Assembly: GCA_035649235.1 (NCBI GenBank)
Contig: DASRJX010000026.1
Coordinates: 1-50,235 of the forward strand
Reading direction: 5' to 3'
Source of the DNA: Candidatus Cryosericum sp.
GTDB lineage: Bacteria > Acidobacteriota > Polarisedimenticolia > Gp22-AA2
Length of the DNA stretch: 50,235 bases
This document shows, piece after piece, positions 26,191-36,081 of the stretch. The translations under genes and the position numbers were made by a program. Below the pieces are notes generated by a model. That model did not search any database. It saw nothing but the letters and a program-made list of their open reading frames with translations, and was not told the DNA's origin. The number at the start of each line of letters is the position of its first letter. Position 1 is the first letter of the stretch.

Positions 26191-27542
26191 AAGACAACAC
26201 GTTCCTGGTGGAGTCGGTCAAGAAACTCCTCCGCCGGGGGGCCACCACCCACCTTCACAACATGCTGCTCAAGGTCCGCCCGGCGGACCTCGCCGAGGCC
26301 TTCAAGTCGCTCGACGAGCGGGAGCGCTCCCTGGCCTTCCACCTGCTCGCGGAGCGGGACGTTCCGGCGGCCGCCGGGCTGCTGCTGGCGATCCATCCGG
26401 CGCTGCGCGCCGACCTCCTGCGCGGCATGCCTCCCGAGGAGACGGCGCGCGTCCTCCACGGGCTGCCGTCCGACGACGTGGCCGGCATCGTCGCCGAGTG
26501 CCCTCTCGAGACGCGGGATCGGATCCTGTCGCTCATGCAGCGCGAGGCCTCGGAGGAAGTCCAGGACCTGCTCGAGTACGAGGCGGAGACGGCCGGGCGC
26601 ATCATGACGACCCGGTTCCTCGCCCTCTTGGAAGAAACGCTGGTCCAGGAGGCGATCGCGGCCGTCCAGAAGGCGCAGGCGGCGGACATGGTCTTCTACG
26701 TCTACGTCGTGGACGACCACGGCCGTCTCTGCGGGGTCCTCTCGCTGCGCCGCCTCCTGACCGTTCCTCCCACGACGCGGCTCCGGGACATCATGTCGAC
26801 GGACGTGATCTCGGTGCGCACGGACACCGATCAGGAGGAGGTCGCCCGCATCGCCTCCCGTTACGATCTGCTCGGCGTCCCCGTGGTCGACGCCGAGCAC
26901 GTCCTGGCCGGCATCGTGACCATCGACGATCTGATCGACGTCATGCGCGAGGAGGCCACCGAGGATTTCTACAAGCTGGCGGGGACCTCGGACGAGGAGC
27001 GGCTCATCCGATCGACGCTGCGCGCAGCACGCGTGCGCCTCCCGTGGCTGTTCGCGGCCTTCGTGGGCGGCCTGCTGGCCGCCCTCCTGATCAAGGCGTA
27101 CACGCCGCTCCTCGGCCACGCCACGGTCCTGGCCTGCTTCATACCCGTGGTCCTCGGAATGGGGGGCAACATCGGGACTCAGGCCGCCACCATCATGGTG
27201 CGCGGCCTGTCGACCGGACGGATCTCCCTCCTCCAGGCGGGCAGTGTCGTCTTCAAGGAGATCCGCATCGCCATGCTCCTCGGGCTCATCTACGGCGCCC
27301 TTCTCGGCCTCGCTGCGGTCGTCCTGGTCGGGATGCCAGGAGGTGCCGGCTTCACCGTCGGGCTGTCGCTTCTGGCCTCGATGACCATGGCGGCCGTCGT
27401 CGGTTCGATGCTGCCGGTCCTGCTCAAGACGGTGCACATCGATCCGGCGGTCGCGACCAGCCCCTTCGTCACCACGTCGGTCGATCTCCTGGGCCTGCTG
27501 GCGTTCTTCGGACTGGCGGGGCGCCAGCTCGTGTCGGGGTGA
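26187..27542 (+). CDS. mgtE: Magnesium transporter MgtE
   Basis: N domain, CBS pair (TAGRIMT, YVYVVD, G.VTIDD), RLPWL, MGGNIGTQ, DPAVATSPFVTTSVD. Confidence 0.97.
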   Translation: MKDNTFLVESVKKLLRRGATTHLHNMLLKVRPADLAEAFKSLDERERSLAFHLLAERDVPAAAGLLLAIHPALRADLLRGMPPEETARVLHGLPSDDVAGIVAECPLETRDRILSLMQREASEEVQDLLEYEAETAGRIMTTRFLALLEETLVQEAIAAVQKAQAADMVFYVYVVDDHGRLCGVLSLRRLLTVPPTTRLRDIMSTDVISVRTDTDQEEVARIASRYDLLGVPVVDAEHVLAGIVTIDDLIDVMREEATEDFYKLAGTSDEERLIRSTLRAARVRLPWLFAAFVGGLLAALLIKAYTPLLGHATVLACFIPVVLGMGGNIGTQAATIMVRGLSTGRISLLQAGSVVFKEIRIAMLLGLIYGALLGLAAVVLVGMPGGAGFTVGLSLLASMTMAAVVGSMLPVLLKTVHIDPAVATSPFVTTSVDLLGLLAFFGLAGRQLVSG

Positions 27543-27563
27543 GGGCGCAGGAGGACGGCGCTT

Positions 27564-28319
27564 CTGCTCAGGGAGACCGAGGCCTTCGTGCTGCTCTCAC
27601 ATCCGCTCGGCGAGTCGGATCGCGTCGTCACGTTCCTGACCCGGACGGCCGGCAAGGTGCGCGGCGTGGCCAAGGGGGCGCGCCGCAGCCGGCGGCGCTT
27701 CGGCGCGAACCTGCTGGCGCTCAGCAAGGTCCGGCTCCAGTACGTCGAGTCGGAGCGGTCCGCGCTGGCGCGCATCGAGTCGGCCGAGCTCCTGGAGTCG
27801 TATTTCGACCTGCAGGCCGATCCGGCTCGCGCCGCCACGCTGGCCTGCTTCGCGGAGGTGGCCGACGCCTTCGCGCGCGAACAGCAGGAGGACGAGGCGT
27901 TCTTCCGGCTGCTGGGGGCGGTGCTGCGGGCCGTGCGGCAAGGGCTCGATCTCGAGTGGGCGGCGCGCTATTTCGAGATCTGGACGCTCCGGCTGCACGG
28001 CGTGCTCCCGGACCTCGCGGACTGCGGCGTCTGCGGCAAGCCGCTCCAGGGGCGTGGAGGACGGTTGCTGCGCCGCGAGGAGATCGTCGCCTGCCCTTCG
28101 TGCGGCGGTCGGAGCGCCGGGGATCCGGTCCTCCCCCCGGCGGCGATCCAGGCGGCGGCGGCCATCCTGAAGGTCGCCCCGGAAGGGCTCCTCGGGCGTC
28201 CCGTCGATCCGCGGGCGCTGCGACCGCTGGCCGCCCTCGCGGCGGCGAGGTTCCTGGACCTGACGGAAACCCGGTTCCGGAGCTATGAGGTGCTGGAGCG
28301 CCTGCGGAGGGATGGTTGA
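27564..28319 (+). CDS. recO: DNA repair protein RecO
   Basis: [21 protein letters not shown]...[17 protein letters not shown]; Zn motifs CGVC and CPSC. Homology extends 5' of GTG 27588, so CTG 27564 is proposed as start. Confidence 0.93.
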   Translation: MLRETEAFVLLSHPLGESDRVVTFLTRTAGKVRGVAKGARRSRRRFGANLLALSKVRLQYVESERSALARIESAELLESYFDLQADPARAATLACFAEVADAFAREQQEDEAFFRLLGAVLRAVRQGLDLEWAARYFEIWTLRLHGVLPDLADCGVCGKPLQGRGGRLLRREEIVACPSCGGRSAGDPVLPPAAIQAAAAILKVAPEGLLGRPVDPRALRPLAALAAARFLDLTETRFRSYEVLERLRRDG

Positions 28320-29233
28320 AGGACCAAGGGCGTAAGGTGGCGCTCAGCTTCCAGGATCTCGTCCTGAGGCTGCAGGAGTTCTGGGCCCGGCAGGGGTGCG
28401 TCCTGCAGCAACCCTACGACGTCGAGGTCGGGGCGGGGACGATGCATCCTGACACGTTCTTCCGGGTGCTGGGCCCGGAGCCGTGGAAGACCGCCTATTG
28501 CGCCCCGTCCCGGCGGCCGGTCGACGGGCGTTACGGCCAGAACCCGTTCCGGCTCTACCGTCACTACCAGTTCCAGGTCATCCTCAAGCCGTCGCCTCTC
28601 GACGTCCAGGCGATCTTCCTCGAATCGCTGGCGGCGTTCGGCATCGATCCCCGGGAGCACGACATCCGCTTCGAGGAGGACAACTGGGAGTCTCCCACGC
28701 TGGGCGCGGCTGGCGTCGGCTGGCAGGTGATGATGGATGGGATGGAGATCACCCAGTTCACGTACTTCCAGCAGGCGGGAGGGATCGAGCTGAGTCCGAT
28801 CGCGGCCGAGATCACCTACGGGACGGAGCGCATCGCCATGTTCCTGAGCGGCGTCAGCAACGTCTACGACCTCGCCTGGAACGAACGGGTGCGCTACGGC
28901 GACGTGCGCCTCCAGGAAGAGATCGAATTCTCGAAGCACAACTTCGAGGCGGCCGACGTGGACCTGCAGCTCCGTCTCTTCCAGTCCTACGAAACGGAGG
29001 GTCACCGGCTCCTGGGTCTCGGTCTGGTGCTGCCTGCCTACGACTGCGCCCTGCGCTGCTCGCACACCTTCAATGTCCTCGACGCCCGGGGTGCGGTGAG
29101 CGTCACCGAGCGCACGGGATTCATCCAGCGGGTGCGCCGGCTGGCCGTGGCGTGCGCCAAGGGGTACCTGGCACAGCGGGAAGCGTGCGGCTTCCCGATG
29201 CTGCAGGTGGACGGGGGCGCGGCGGCGCGATGA
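28316..29233 (+). CDS. glyQ: Glycine--tRNA ligase alpha subunit
   Basis: FQD....[53 protein letters not shown]. Alternative start GTG 28337. Confidence 0.98.
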   Translation: MKDQGRKVALSFQDLVLRLQEFWARQGCVLQQPYDVEVGAGTMHPDTFFRVLGPEPWKTAYCAPSRRPVDGRYGQNPFRLYRHYQFQVILKPSPLDVQAIFLESLAAFGIDPREHDIRFEEDNWESPTLGAAGVGWQVMMDGMEITQFTYFQQAGGIELSPIAAEITYGTERIAMFLSGVSNVYDLAWNERVRYGDVRLQEEIEFSKHNFEAADVDLQLRLFQSYETEGHRLLGLGLVLPAYDCALRCSHTFNVLDARGAVSVTERTGFIQRVRRLAVACAKGYLAQREACGFPMLQVDGGAAAR

Positions 29234-31446
29234 GACCGGAGCCACGCGTCCGGACCTTCCTGCTCGAGATCGGCACGGAGGAAATGCCGGCGGGCGCCGT
29301 CCAGGGGGCGATCGAGTCACTGGGGAAGGCGCTGCGCGAGGCGCTCGCGAAGGCCGGGCTCCCGCCGCGCGAGGTCCGGGTGTACGGCACGCCACGGCGG
29401 CTGGCGGCCCTGCTCCTGGCTGTCCCCGAACGCCAGCCCGATCAGTCCACCCAGTTCACCGGACCCGCCGTGGCGGCGGCCTTCGACGCCGCGGGACGGC
29501 CCACGCGCGCGGCCGAGGGTTTCGCGCGCGCCCAGGGAGTCCAGGTCGCCGACCTGCTGCGGATCAAGACGCCCAAAGCGGAGTGCGTGGGCGTGGTCCG
29601 GGTCGTCCAGGGACGCGCGGCGGCGGAGATCCTCGCCGAAGCGGTGCCACCTCTCGTGATGTCCCTGGCTTTTCCCAAGACGATGCGCTGGGGATCGGGC
29701 GAGCATCGCTTCGTGCGACCGGTGCACTCGGTCGTCGCCCTGCTCGATGATCAGGTGGTCGACCTGGAGATTGCCGGCGTGCGGTCCGGCCGCGAGACCT
29801 TCGGCCACCGCGTGGCGGGGAAGCCGAGGATCGCCTTGCGCGACGCCTCCGACTACCTCGACGCGCTGCGCGACAACGGCGTCCTGGCCGACGTGACAGA
29901 GCGTCGCGCCGCCATCGCGCAGGGGCTCGCCGACGCGGCGAGCCGCGCCGGCGGGAGGATCGCCGCCGCACCCGGCGCCTCGCCGCGCGCAGGCTCTGAG
30001 GCCGACCCCGAGCTGCTCGACGAGGTGAACCAGCTGGTGGAGTGGCCCGCGGTCCTGACCGGAGAGTTCGACGCGTCGTTTCTCGACCTGCCGGGCGAGA
30101 TCCTGACGACCAGCATGCGGCATCATCAGAAGTACTTCGCTCTCCAGGACGCCTCGAGCGCTCCCCTGAACCGCTTCCTGACCGTCGCCAACGTGAGGTC
30201 CGATCCGCAAGGGGCCATCCGCCGCGGTCACGAGTGGGTCCTGAGGGCCCGCCTGACCGACGCCCGCTTCTTTTACGAGGAGGACCGAAAGCGCCCGCTC
30301 GAGGCGTTCGGGGAGGCCCTGCCGCGCGTCGCGTTCCACGAGAAGCTCGGCTCCTATGCCCTGAAGCGCGACCGCATCGCCCGCCTGGCCGGCCTCCTGG
30401 CGCCGGCCTTCGCCGCGGCCGGTCTGCCGGCCGGCGCCGAGGCGACGGCGCGGGCCGCACACCTGTGCAAGAACGACCTGACGACCCAGATGGTGAAGGA
30501 GTTTCCCGAGCTCGAGGGGATCGTGGGCGGGCTTTACGCCCGGGCCGATCATCTCGAGGAGGCGGTCGCGCACGCCATCTACGAGCACTACCGGCCCCGC
30601 TCGCTCGAGGACCCGATTCCCACAACGGGCGAAGGGGCGCTCCTGTCCCTGGCCGATCGCATCGACACGCAGGCGGGCATCTTCCTGCTGGGGATCGTCC
30701 CGACCGGATCGCGCGACCCTTACGCGCTCCGCCGCTCGGTGCAGGGCGCCTGTCGCATCCTGATCGAGCGCCGCGTCAGCCTCTCGCTCCAGGCGGCGCT
30801 CGGCGAGGGCCTGCGGGGCTATGCCCTGCAGGGCCTCTCGACCGGCAGGGACGAGGCCGCGGCCCTCGCGGCCCTGCTGGAGTTCTACTCGGGCCGCCAG
30901 GAGTTCCTGGCGATCGAGGCGGGGATGAGGCCGGACTCCGTGCGCGCCGCCCTGGCGGCGGGCTCCGACGACCCGTGCGACGCGCGGCTGCGCATGCAGG
31001 GCGTGGAGGCCTTCCGGGGGGAGAAGGGGTTCGAGGACCTCGCCGTGATCCACAAGCGCATCAAGAACATCCTGCGCGAGCAGGAGTCGGATCGCGGCTT
31101 CGATCCGGCCCGCCTGAGCGATGCGGCGGAGCGCCTCCTGGCCGGCCGGCTGGAGGCGGCCCTCCCCGCGATCGCCGAGGCGCGCGGGCGGCGCGACTAT
31201 CCCGCCGCCCTGGTCGCGGTCGCCGGGCTGCGCGAGCCACTCGATCGGTTCTTCACCGAGGTGATGGTCATGGCCGAGGACCGGGCCCTGCGCGAGAACC
31301 GCGTCGCCCTCCTGCGCTCGATTGCCGCCCTCTTCCTGCAGGTGGCCGATCTCTCGGAAATCGCGACCTCGTCCGACAAGGCCGCCGTGGCGGAAGGCGC
31401 GCGACGGCGGCCGGCCGCGGCCCGGGGCGCGCGCGCGGAGGACTGA
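29230..31446 (+). CDS. glyS: Glycine--tRNA ligase beta subunit
   Basis: [21 protein letters not shown]...[38 protein letters not shown]. Start ATG 29230. Confidence 0.97.
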   Translation: MRPEPRVRTFLLEIGTEEMPAGAVQGAIESLGKALREALAKAGLPPREVRVYGTPRRLAALLLAVPERQPDQSTQFTGPAVAAAFDAAGRPTRAAEGFARAQGVQVADLLRIKTPKAECVGVVRVVQGRAAAEILAEAVPPLVMSLAFPKTMRWGSGEHRFVRPVHSVVALLDDQVVDLEIAGVRSGRETFGHRVAGKPRIALRDASDYLDALRDNGVLADVTERRAAIAQGLADAASRAGGRIAAAPGASPRAGSEADPELLDEVNQLVEWPAVLTGEFDASFLDLPGEILTTSMRHHQKYFALQDASSAPLNRFLTVANVRSDPQGAIRRGHEWVLRARLTDARFFYEEDRKRPLEAFGEALPRVAFHEKLGSYALKRDRIARLAGLLAPAFAAAGLPAGAEATARAAHLCKNDLTTQMVKEFPELEGIVGGLYARADHLEEAVAHAIYEHYRPRSLEDPIPTTGEGALLSLADRIDTQAGIFLLGIVPTGSRDPYALRRSVQGACRILIERRVSLSLQAALGEGLRGYALQGLSTGRDEAAALAALLEFYSGRQEFLAIEAGMRPDSVRAALAAGSDDPCDARLRMQGVEAFRGEKGFEDLAVIHKRIKNILREQESDRGFDPARLSDAAERLLAGRLEAALPAIAEARGRRDYPAALVAVAGLREPLDRFFTEVMVMAEDRALRENRVALLRSIAALFLQVADLSEIATSSDKAAVAEGARRRPAAARGARAED

Positions 31447-34178
31447 TGGCCCACAAGTTCGTGTATTCCTTCGGAGGCGGCCGCGCGGAGGGGGACGGCT
31501 CCATGAAGACCCTCCTGGGCGGGAAGGGAGCCGGGCTGATGGAGATGACCCGCATCGGCCTTCCGGTTCCGGCCGGCTTCGTGATCACGACCGAGGCATG
31601 CGCGCGCTACCTCCGGGAGGGGCCGCGGGCCCTGCGGCCGCTCGAGGCCGAGGTGCGCAAGCACCTGCATCGGCTCGAGACGGTCGCGGGACGGAGGCTC
31701 GGGGACCCGGACGACCCTCTCCTGGTTTCGGTGCGCTCCGGCGCCGCGCGATCGATGCCGGGCATGATGGAGACCATCCTGAACCTGGGGCTCAACGACG
31801 CCACCGTCGAGGGCCTCGCCCGCAGGACCGGCGATCCGCGGTTCGCCTACGACGCCTACCGGCGCTTCCTGACGATGTACGCGTCGGTCGTGTTCGGCGT
31901 GCCGCGAGACACGCTGGAGCGGCGGCTCGGCGAGCTGAAGGCGCGCCTCGGAGTGCGTCTCGACACCGAGATCCCGGCCGACGCGTTGCGCGGCCTGTGC
32001 GCGGATCTCAAGGAGGCGGCGAGCCGCGCGGCCCACAAGCCGGTGCCGCAGGAGCCGATGATGCAGCTCTGGGGGGCCATCGAAGCGGTGTTCCGCTCCT
32101 GGAACGCCGACAAGGCCGTGACCTATCGCCGCGTCGAGAACATCACCGGGCTCACCGGCACCGCGGTGAACGTGGTGCAGATGGTGTTCGGGAATCGCGG
32201 CGAGACTTCGGGCACGGGCGTCGCCTTCACGCGCGATCCGAACAGCGGCGAGCGCCTCTTCTACGGCGACGTGCTCATGAACGCGCAGGGGGAGGACGTC
32301 GTCGCCGGCATCCGCACGCCCCTGTCGCTCGCCGCGCTGAAGCGCAGCATGCCGCCCATCTACCGCCAGCTGGAGCGGGTGCGACGGCGGCTCGAGTCGC
32401 ACTACAGGGAGATGCAGGACATCGAGTTCACGATCGAAGAGGGGACCCTGTACATCCTCCAGTGCCGCGCCGGAAAGCGATCCCCTCGTGCCGCCTTCCG
32501 CATCGCCTACGATCTGCAGCGCGAAGGGCTGATCTCCCGGCAGGAGGCCGTGTCCCGCATCACGCCCGAGGACATCGAGCGCCTTTTCTACCCGGTCCTC
32601 GATCCGGCGGTTCCCGAATCGGATCTGAAGCAGCGGTACCTCGCGACGGGAATCGGCGCGGTCCCCGGGGCCGCGGTGGGGGAGATCGCCTTCACGGCGG
32701 CGGATGCCGAGGCGCGCGCCCGCGCGGGAGCGCGCGTCATCCTGGTGCGGCACGAGACCTCGCCGGAGGACGTCGGCGGCATGCACGCCGCCCAGGGCAT
32801 CCTCACCGCCACCGGCGGCAAGACCTCGCACGCCGCAGTCGTGGCGCGCGGGTGGGGGAAGACCTGCATCGTCGGCTGCGAGGTCCTGCATCCCGACGCC
32901 GAGGCCGGCACGCTGAAGATCGGCGATCGGATCCTGGGGCGTCAGGACGTGATCACCCTCGACGGCACGACGGGCGCGGTCTACACGGGAGAGGTCAAGG
33001 TCATCCGCCCGGAGGTCCCGGCCGCCTTTCACAAGGTCCTCCGTTGGGCCGACGGCCTGCGCCGCATGAAGGTGCGCGCCAACGTCGACACGCCCTACGA
33101 CGCGCGCAAAGCGGTCGAGCTGGGCGCCGAGGGGATCGGGTTGTGCCGGACGGAGCACATGTTCTTCGACACCGAGGAGCGCCGGCTCGCCATCCAGGAG
33201 ATGATCCTGGCCTCCGATCGCGAGCAGCGATCCCGCGCCCTGGCCCGGATCCTGCCGCTGCAGCGCGCGGACTTCGAGGGTATCTTCGAGGCCATGGCGG
33301 GGCGCCCCGTCACCATACGCCTGCTCGATCCCCCGCTCCACGAGTTCGTCCCGCACGATGCGGCCGGACAGGCCGCCCTGGCCGCGTCCCTGGGCGTGCC
33401 CCGCGAGACGGTCGCTGCCCGCATCGCGCAGCTCAAGGAGTCGAACCCGATGCTCGGCCACCGTGGCTGCCGCCTGGCGCTCGTCTATCCGGAGATCCTC
33501 GAAGTCCAGGTCCGCGGCATCGTCGAGGCCGCGGTCGCCGTCCGGAAGCGGGGCGTCGCGGTCCGTCCGGAGATCATGCACCCGCTCACGATGGACCCGC
33601 GCGAGATGGCGATCCTGGTGCGCCGCACCCGGGAGGTCGCCGACCAGGTGCTGCGTGAGCGCCGGGCGCGGCTTCCCTACCTGGTGGGGACGATGATCGA
33701 GGTGCCGCGGGCCGCGCTCCTGGCGGAGAGGATGGCGCGCGAGGTCGATTTCTTCTCCTTCGGGACCAACGACCTGACCCAGATGACCATGGCGCTGTCG
33801 CGCGACGACTCGGGCCGCTTCCTGCCGTTCTACGTCGGCGACGGAGAGCTCGGCGTGTTCGCCGAGGACCCGTTCCAGACCCTGGACCAGGAGGGCGTCG
33901 GCCTCCTGGTGCGCTGGGCGACCGACCGCGGCCGCGCGGCGCGCCCCGGGCTCAAAATCGGCATCTGCGGGGAGCACGGGGGTGAGGCGCGATCGGTTCT
34001 CTTCTGCGACGCGGTGGGCCTCGACTACGTGAGCTGCTCCCCGTATCGCATTCCGATCGCCCGCCTGGCGGCCGCCCACGCGTCGCTGGCGGCGGCCCGG
34101 ACGCGGGGCGCCCGCGCCGGGAGGAAGCGGTCGACCCGGAGGCGCGATGCTCATCGCCGTCCTGTCGCGCAGGCGTAG
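31446..34178 (+). CDS. ppdK: Pyruvate, phosphate dikinase
   Basis: LGGKGAGL.EM, LLVSVRSGA..SMPGMM, TSHAAVVARG (catalytic His), GLCRTEHMF, FSFGTNDLTQ, CGEHGG. ATG 31446 overlaps the glyS TGA. Confidence 0.98.
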   Translation: MAHKFVYSFGGGRAEGDGSMKTLLGGKGAGLMEMTRIGLPVPAGFVITTEACARYLREGPRALRPLEAEVRKHLHRLETVAGRRLGDPDDPLLVSVRSGAARSMPGMMETILNLGLNDATVEGLARRTGDPRFAYDAYRRFLTMYASVVFGVPRDTLERRLGELKARLGVRLDTEIPADALRGLCADLKEAASRAAHKPVPQEPMMQLWGAIEAVFRSWNADKAVTYRRVENITGLTGTAVNVVQMVFGNRGETSGTGVAFTRDPNSGERLFYGDVLMNAQGEDVVAGIRTPLSLAALKRSMPPIYRQLERVRRRLESHYREMQDIEFTIEEGTLYILQCRAGKRSPRAAFRIAYDLQREGLISRQEAVSRITPEDIERLFYPVLDPAVPESDLKQRYLATGIGAVPGAAVGEIAFTAADAEARARAGARVILVRHETSPEDVGGMHAAQGILTATGGKTSHAAVVARGWGKTCIVGCEVLHPDAEAGTLKIGDRILGRQDVITLDGTTGAVYTGEVKVIRPEVPAAFHKVLRWADGLRRMKVRANVDTPYDARKAVELGAEGIGLCRTEHMFFDTEERRLAIQEMILASDREQRSRALARILPLQRADFEGIFEAMAGRPVTIRLLDPPLHEFVPHDAAGQAALAASLGVPRETVAARIAQLKESNPMLGHRGCRLALVYPEILEVQVRGIVEAAVAVRKRGVAVRPEIMHPLTMDPREMAILVRRTREVADQVLRERRARLPYLVGTMIEVPRAALLAERMAREVDFFSFGTNDLTQMTMALSRDDSGRFLPFYVGDGELGVFAEDPFQTLDQEGVGLLVRWATDRGRAARPGLKIGICGEHGGEARSVLFCDAVGLDYVSCSPYRIPIARLAAAHASLAAARTRGARAGRKRSTRRRDAHRRPVAQA

Positions 34179-35058
34179 CCTCTACTCGACCCGCCGGCTC
34201 ATCGAGGCGGCGGTGCAGAAGGGTCATGAGGCGCTCGCCGTCGATCCGCTCCAGTGCTCCCTCGGGCTCGGTCCGGGAACGCCCGCGATCTATTACCGCG
34301 GGCTCGACGGACGCCTGCCTGCCATCGATGTCGTCCTGCCGCGCATCGGAGTCTCGGTGACCGAGGCCGGAATCGCCGTGGTCAACCAGTTCGACATGAT
34401 GGGGGTGCCGCTGGTGAACAATGCCCAGGCGATCGCGCGCTCGCGCGACAAGCTGCGCGCCCTGCAGCTCCTGGTGCGCGCCGGGGTCGCGGTCCCCCGG
34501 ACCGTCCTCGCCCGCCATCCGTCCCAGGTGCACCGCGCCCTGGAGATGGTCGGCGGGCCGCCGGCCATCCTGAAGCTGATGCGCAGCACCCAGGGGATCG
34601 GCGTGGTGCTCGCAGAGACGGAGCAGGCCGCCCAGCAGGTGGTCGAGACGCTCTGGAGCCTGGGGGTGAACGTCCTCATCCAGGAGTTCGTCGAGGAGTC
34701 CGAAGGCCGTGACATCCGGGTCGTCGTCGTGGGCCAGCGGGCGGTCGCCGCGATGCGCCGCCAGGCGCGGGTGGGTGAGTTCCGATCGAACGTCCACCGC
34801 GGCGCCACGGGGCAGGCGGTCGACCTGCCCGCCGACTACGCGCGCGCGGCTCTGCGCGCCACGCGCGCCATGCGCCTGCAGCTCGCGGGCGTCGACCTGC
34901 TGGAGTCCTCACGCGGGCCTCAGGTGCTCGAGGTCAACTCCTCGCCGGGTCTGGAAGGCGTCGAGCAGTGCACTGGCGTCGACGTCGCCGGAGCGGTCAT
35001 CGATTACGCCATCGCCTTGGCCCGCCGCGCCGCGCGCCGGAGGCGGGTGGCCATCTAG
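34147..35058 (+). CDS. rimK: RimK family ATP-grasp alpha-L-glutamate ligase
   Basis: LSR...LYSTRRL.EAA, RSRDKLR.LQLL, TQGIGV, QEFVEE..G.DIR, FRSN.HRG, GVDL, EVNSSPGLEG.E. Confidence 0.93.
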   Translation: MLIAVLSRRRSLYSTRRLIEAAVQKGHEALAVDPLQCSLGLGPGTPAIYYRGLDGRLPAIDVVLPRIGVSVTEAGIAVVNQFDMMGVPLVNNAQAIARSRDKLRALQLLVRAGVAVPRTVLARHPSQVHRALEMVGGPPAILKLMRSTQGIGVVLAETEQAAQQVVETLWSLGVNVLIQEFVEESEGRDIRVVVVGQRAVAAMRRQARVGEFRSNVHRGATGQAVDLPADYARAALRATRAMRLQLAGVDLLESSRGPQVLEVNSSPGLEGVEQCTGVDVAGAVIDYAIALARRAARRRRVAI

Positions 35059-36077
35059 TGAGGCGCCTGTCGATCGGAGGCCGCGCGGTCCGCCGGGGGA
35101 GCACCGAGCAAATCTTCCTCAAGGTCAGCGAGCACTACACCGCGACGCCCGTGAACGTGCTCGTCACCGTGGTCCGCGGACGCAGGAAGGGACCGGCCCT
35201 GTTCCTGGCGGCGGCGGTGCATGGCGACGAGCTCAACGGGGTCGAAGTCGTCCGCCGGATCATGACCTCGACGTCGCCCGAGGATCTGCGGGGCACGCTC
35301 ATCTGCGTGCCGGTCGTGAACCGCATGGGCTTCCTGGCCCACTCACGCTACCTGCCCGGCCACCAGGATCTGAACCGCTGTTTCCCGGGACAGCCGCAGG
35401 GGACCGCCGCGAGCCGCTTGGCCCACACGTTGTTCCGCGAGATCGTCGCTCCCTCCGACTACGGGATCGACCTCCACACCGCCAGCCACGGACGGACCAA
35501 CCTGCCGCACGTGCGGGCGGAGATGTCGAACGACCGCGTCCGCCGGCTGGCTCGCGCCTTCGGCATGGAGATCATCGTGGACACGTCGGGGCCCGCCCGC
35601 ACCCTGCGGGCGGCGGCGACGCGGGCGGGCGTTCCCACCATCCTCTTCGAGGCCGGCGAGACGTTCCGCTTCCAGCGCGCCATGGTGGCGCGCGGCGTCC
35701 AGGGTGCGCGCAACGTGCTCGTCGCCCTGAAGATGATCCCCGGCCAGCGTCGGGAGCCGCGCTTCCAGGTGGTCATCAAGGTCTCGGAGTGGATCCGGGC
35801 GCCGCGCGGCGGCATCGCCGAGGTGCTGATCCGCCCGGGGGAGATCGTCTATGAGGGAGACGAGATCGCCTCGATCACCAATCCGTTCGGCCGCGAGGTC
35901 TCGTCGGTGCGTTCGCCGCTGACCGGGCTCATCCTGGGCACCACGACCGTGCCGCTGGTCAACCCGGGGGACGCGATCTGTCACGTCGCCAAGCTCGAGA
36001 AGACACTGCCGACCGTGGAGCGCTACACCGTCGTCGACTCGCGCGGCCGCCGCACGCTCCTCCTGGAGGGGGCCTGA
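35058..36077 (+). CDS. Succinylglutamate desuccinylase/aspartoacylase family (M14-like zinc peptidase)
   Basis: HGDELNG, DLNRCFPG, IDLHT, LFEAG, C-terminal lipoyl-like hybrid domain; GTG 35058 overlaps the rimK TAG. Confidence 0.92.
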   Translation: MRRLSIGGRAVRRGSTEQIFLKVSEHYTATPVNVLVTVVRGRRKGPALFLAAAVHGDELNGVEVVRRIMTSTSPEDLRGTLICVPVVNRMGFLAHSRYLPGHQDLNRCFPGQPQGTAASRLAHTLFREIVAPSDYGIDLHTASHGRTNLPHVRAEMSNDRVRRLARAFGMEIIVDTSGPARTLRAAATRAGVPTILFEAGETFRFQRAMVARGVQGARNVLVALKMIPGQRREPRFQVVIKVSEWIRAPRGGIAEVLIRPGEIVYEGDEIASITNPFGREVSSVRSPLTGLILGTTTVPLVNPGDAICHVAKLEKTLPTVERYTVVDSRGRRTLLLEGA

Positions 36078-36081
36078 TCCG

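Noticed and set aside
28483-31445. Long N-terminal extensions in the ORF track (glyS from 28483, ppdK from 30042, envC from 2433, fabH from 48188, phoH from 21369)
   Set aside because: They overlap upstream genes or promoter boxes; family homology and SD or overlap signals start at the downstream codons reported.
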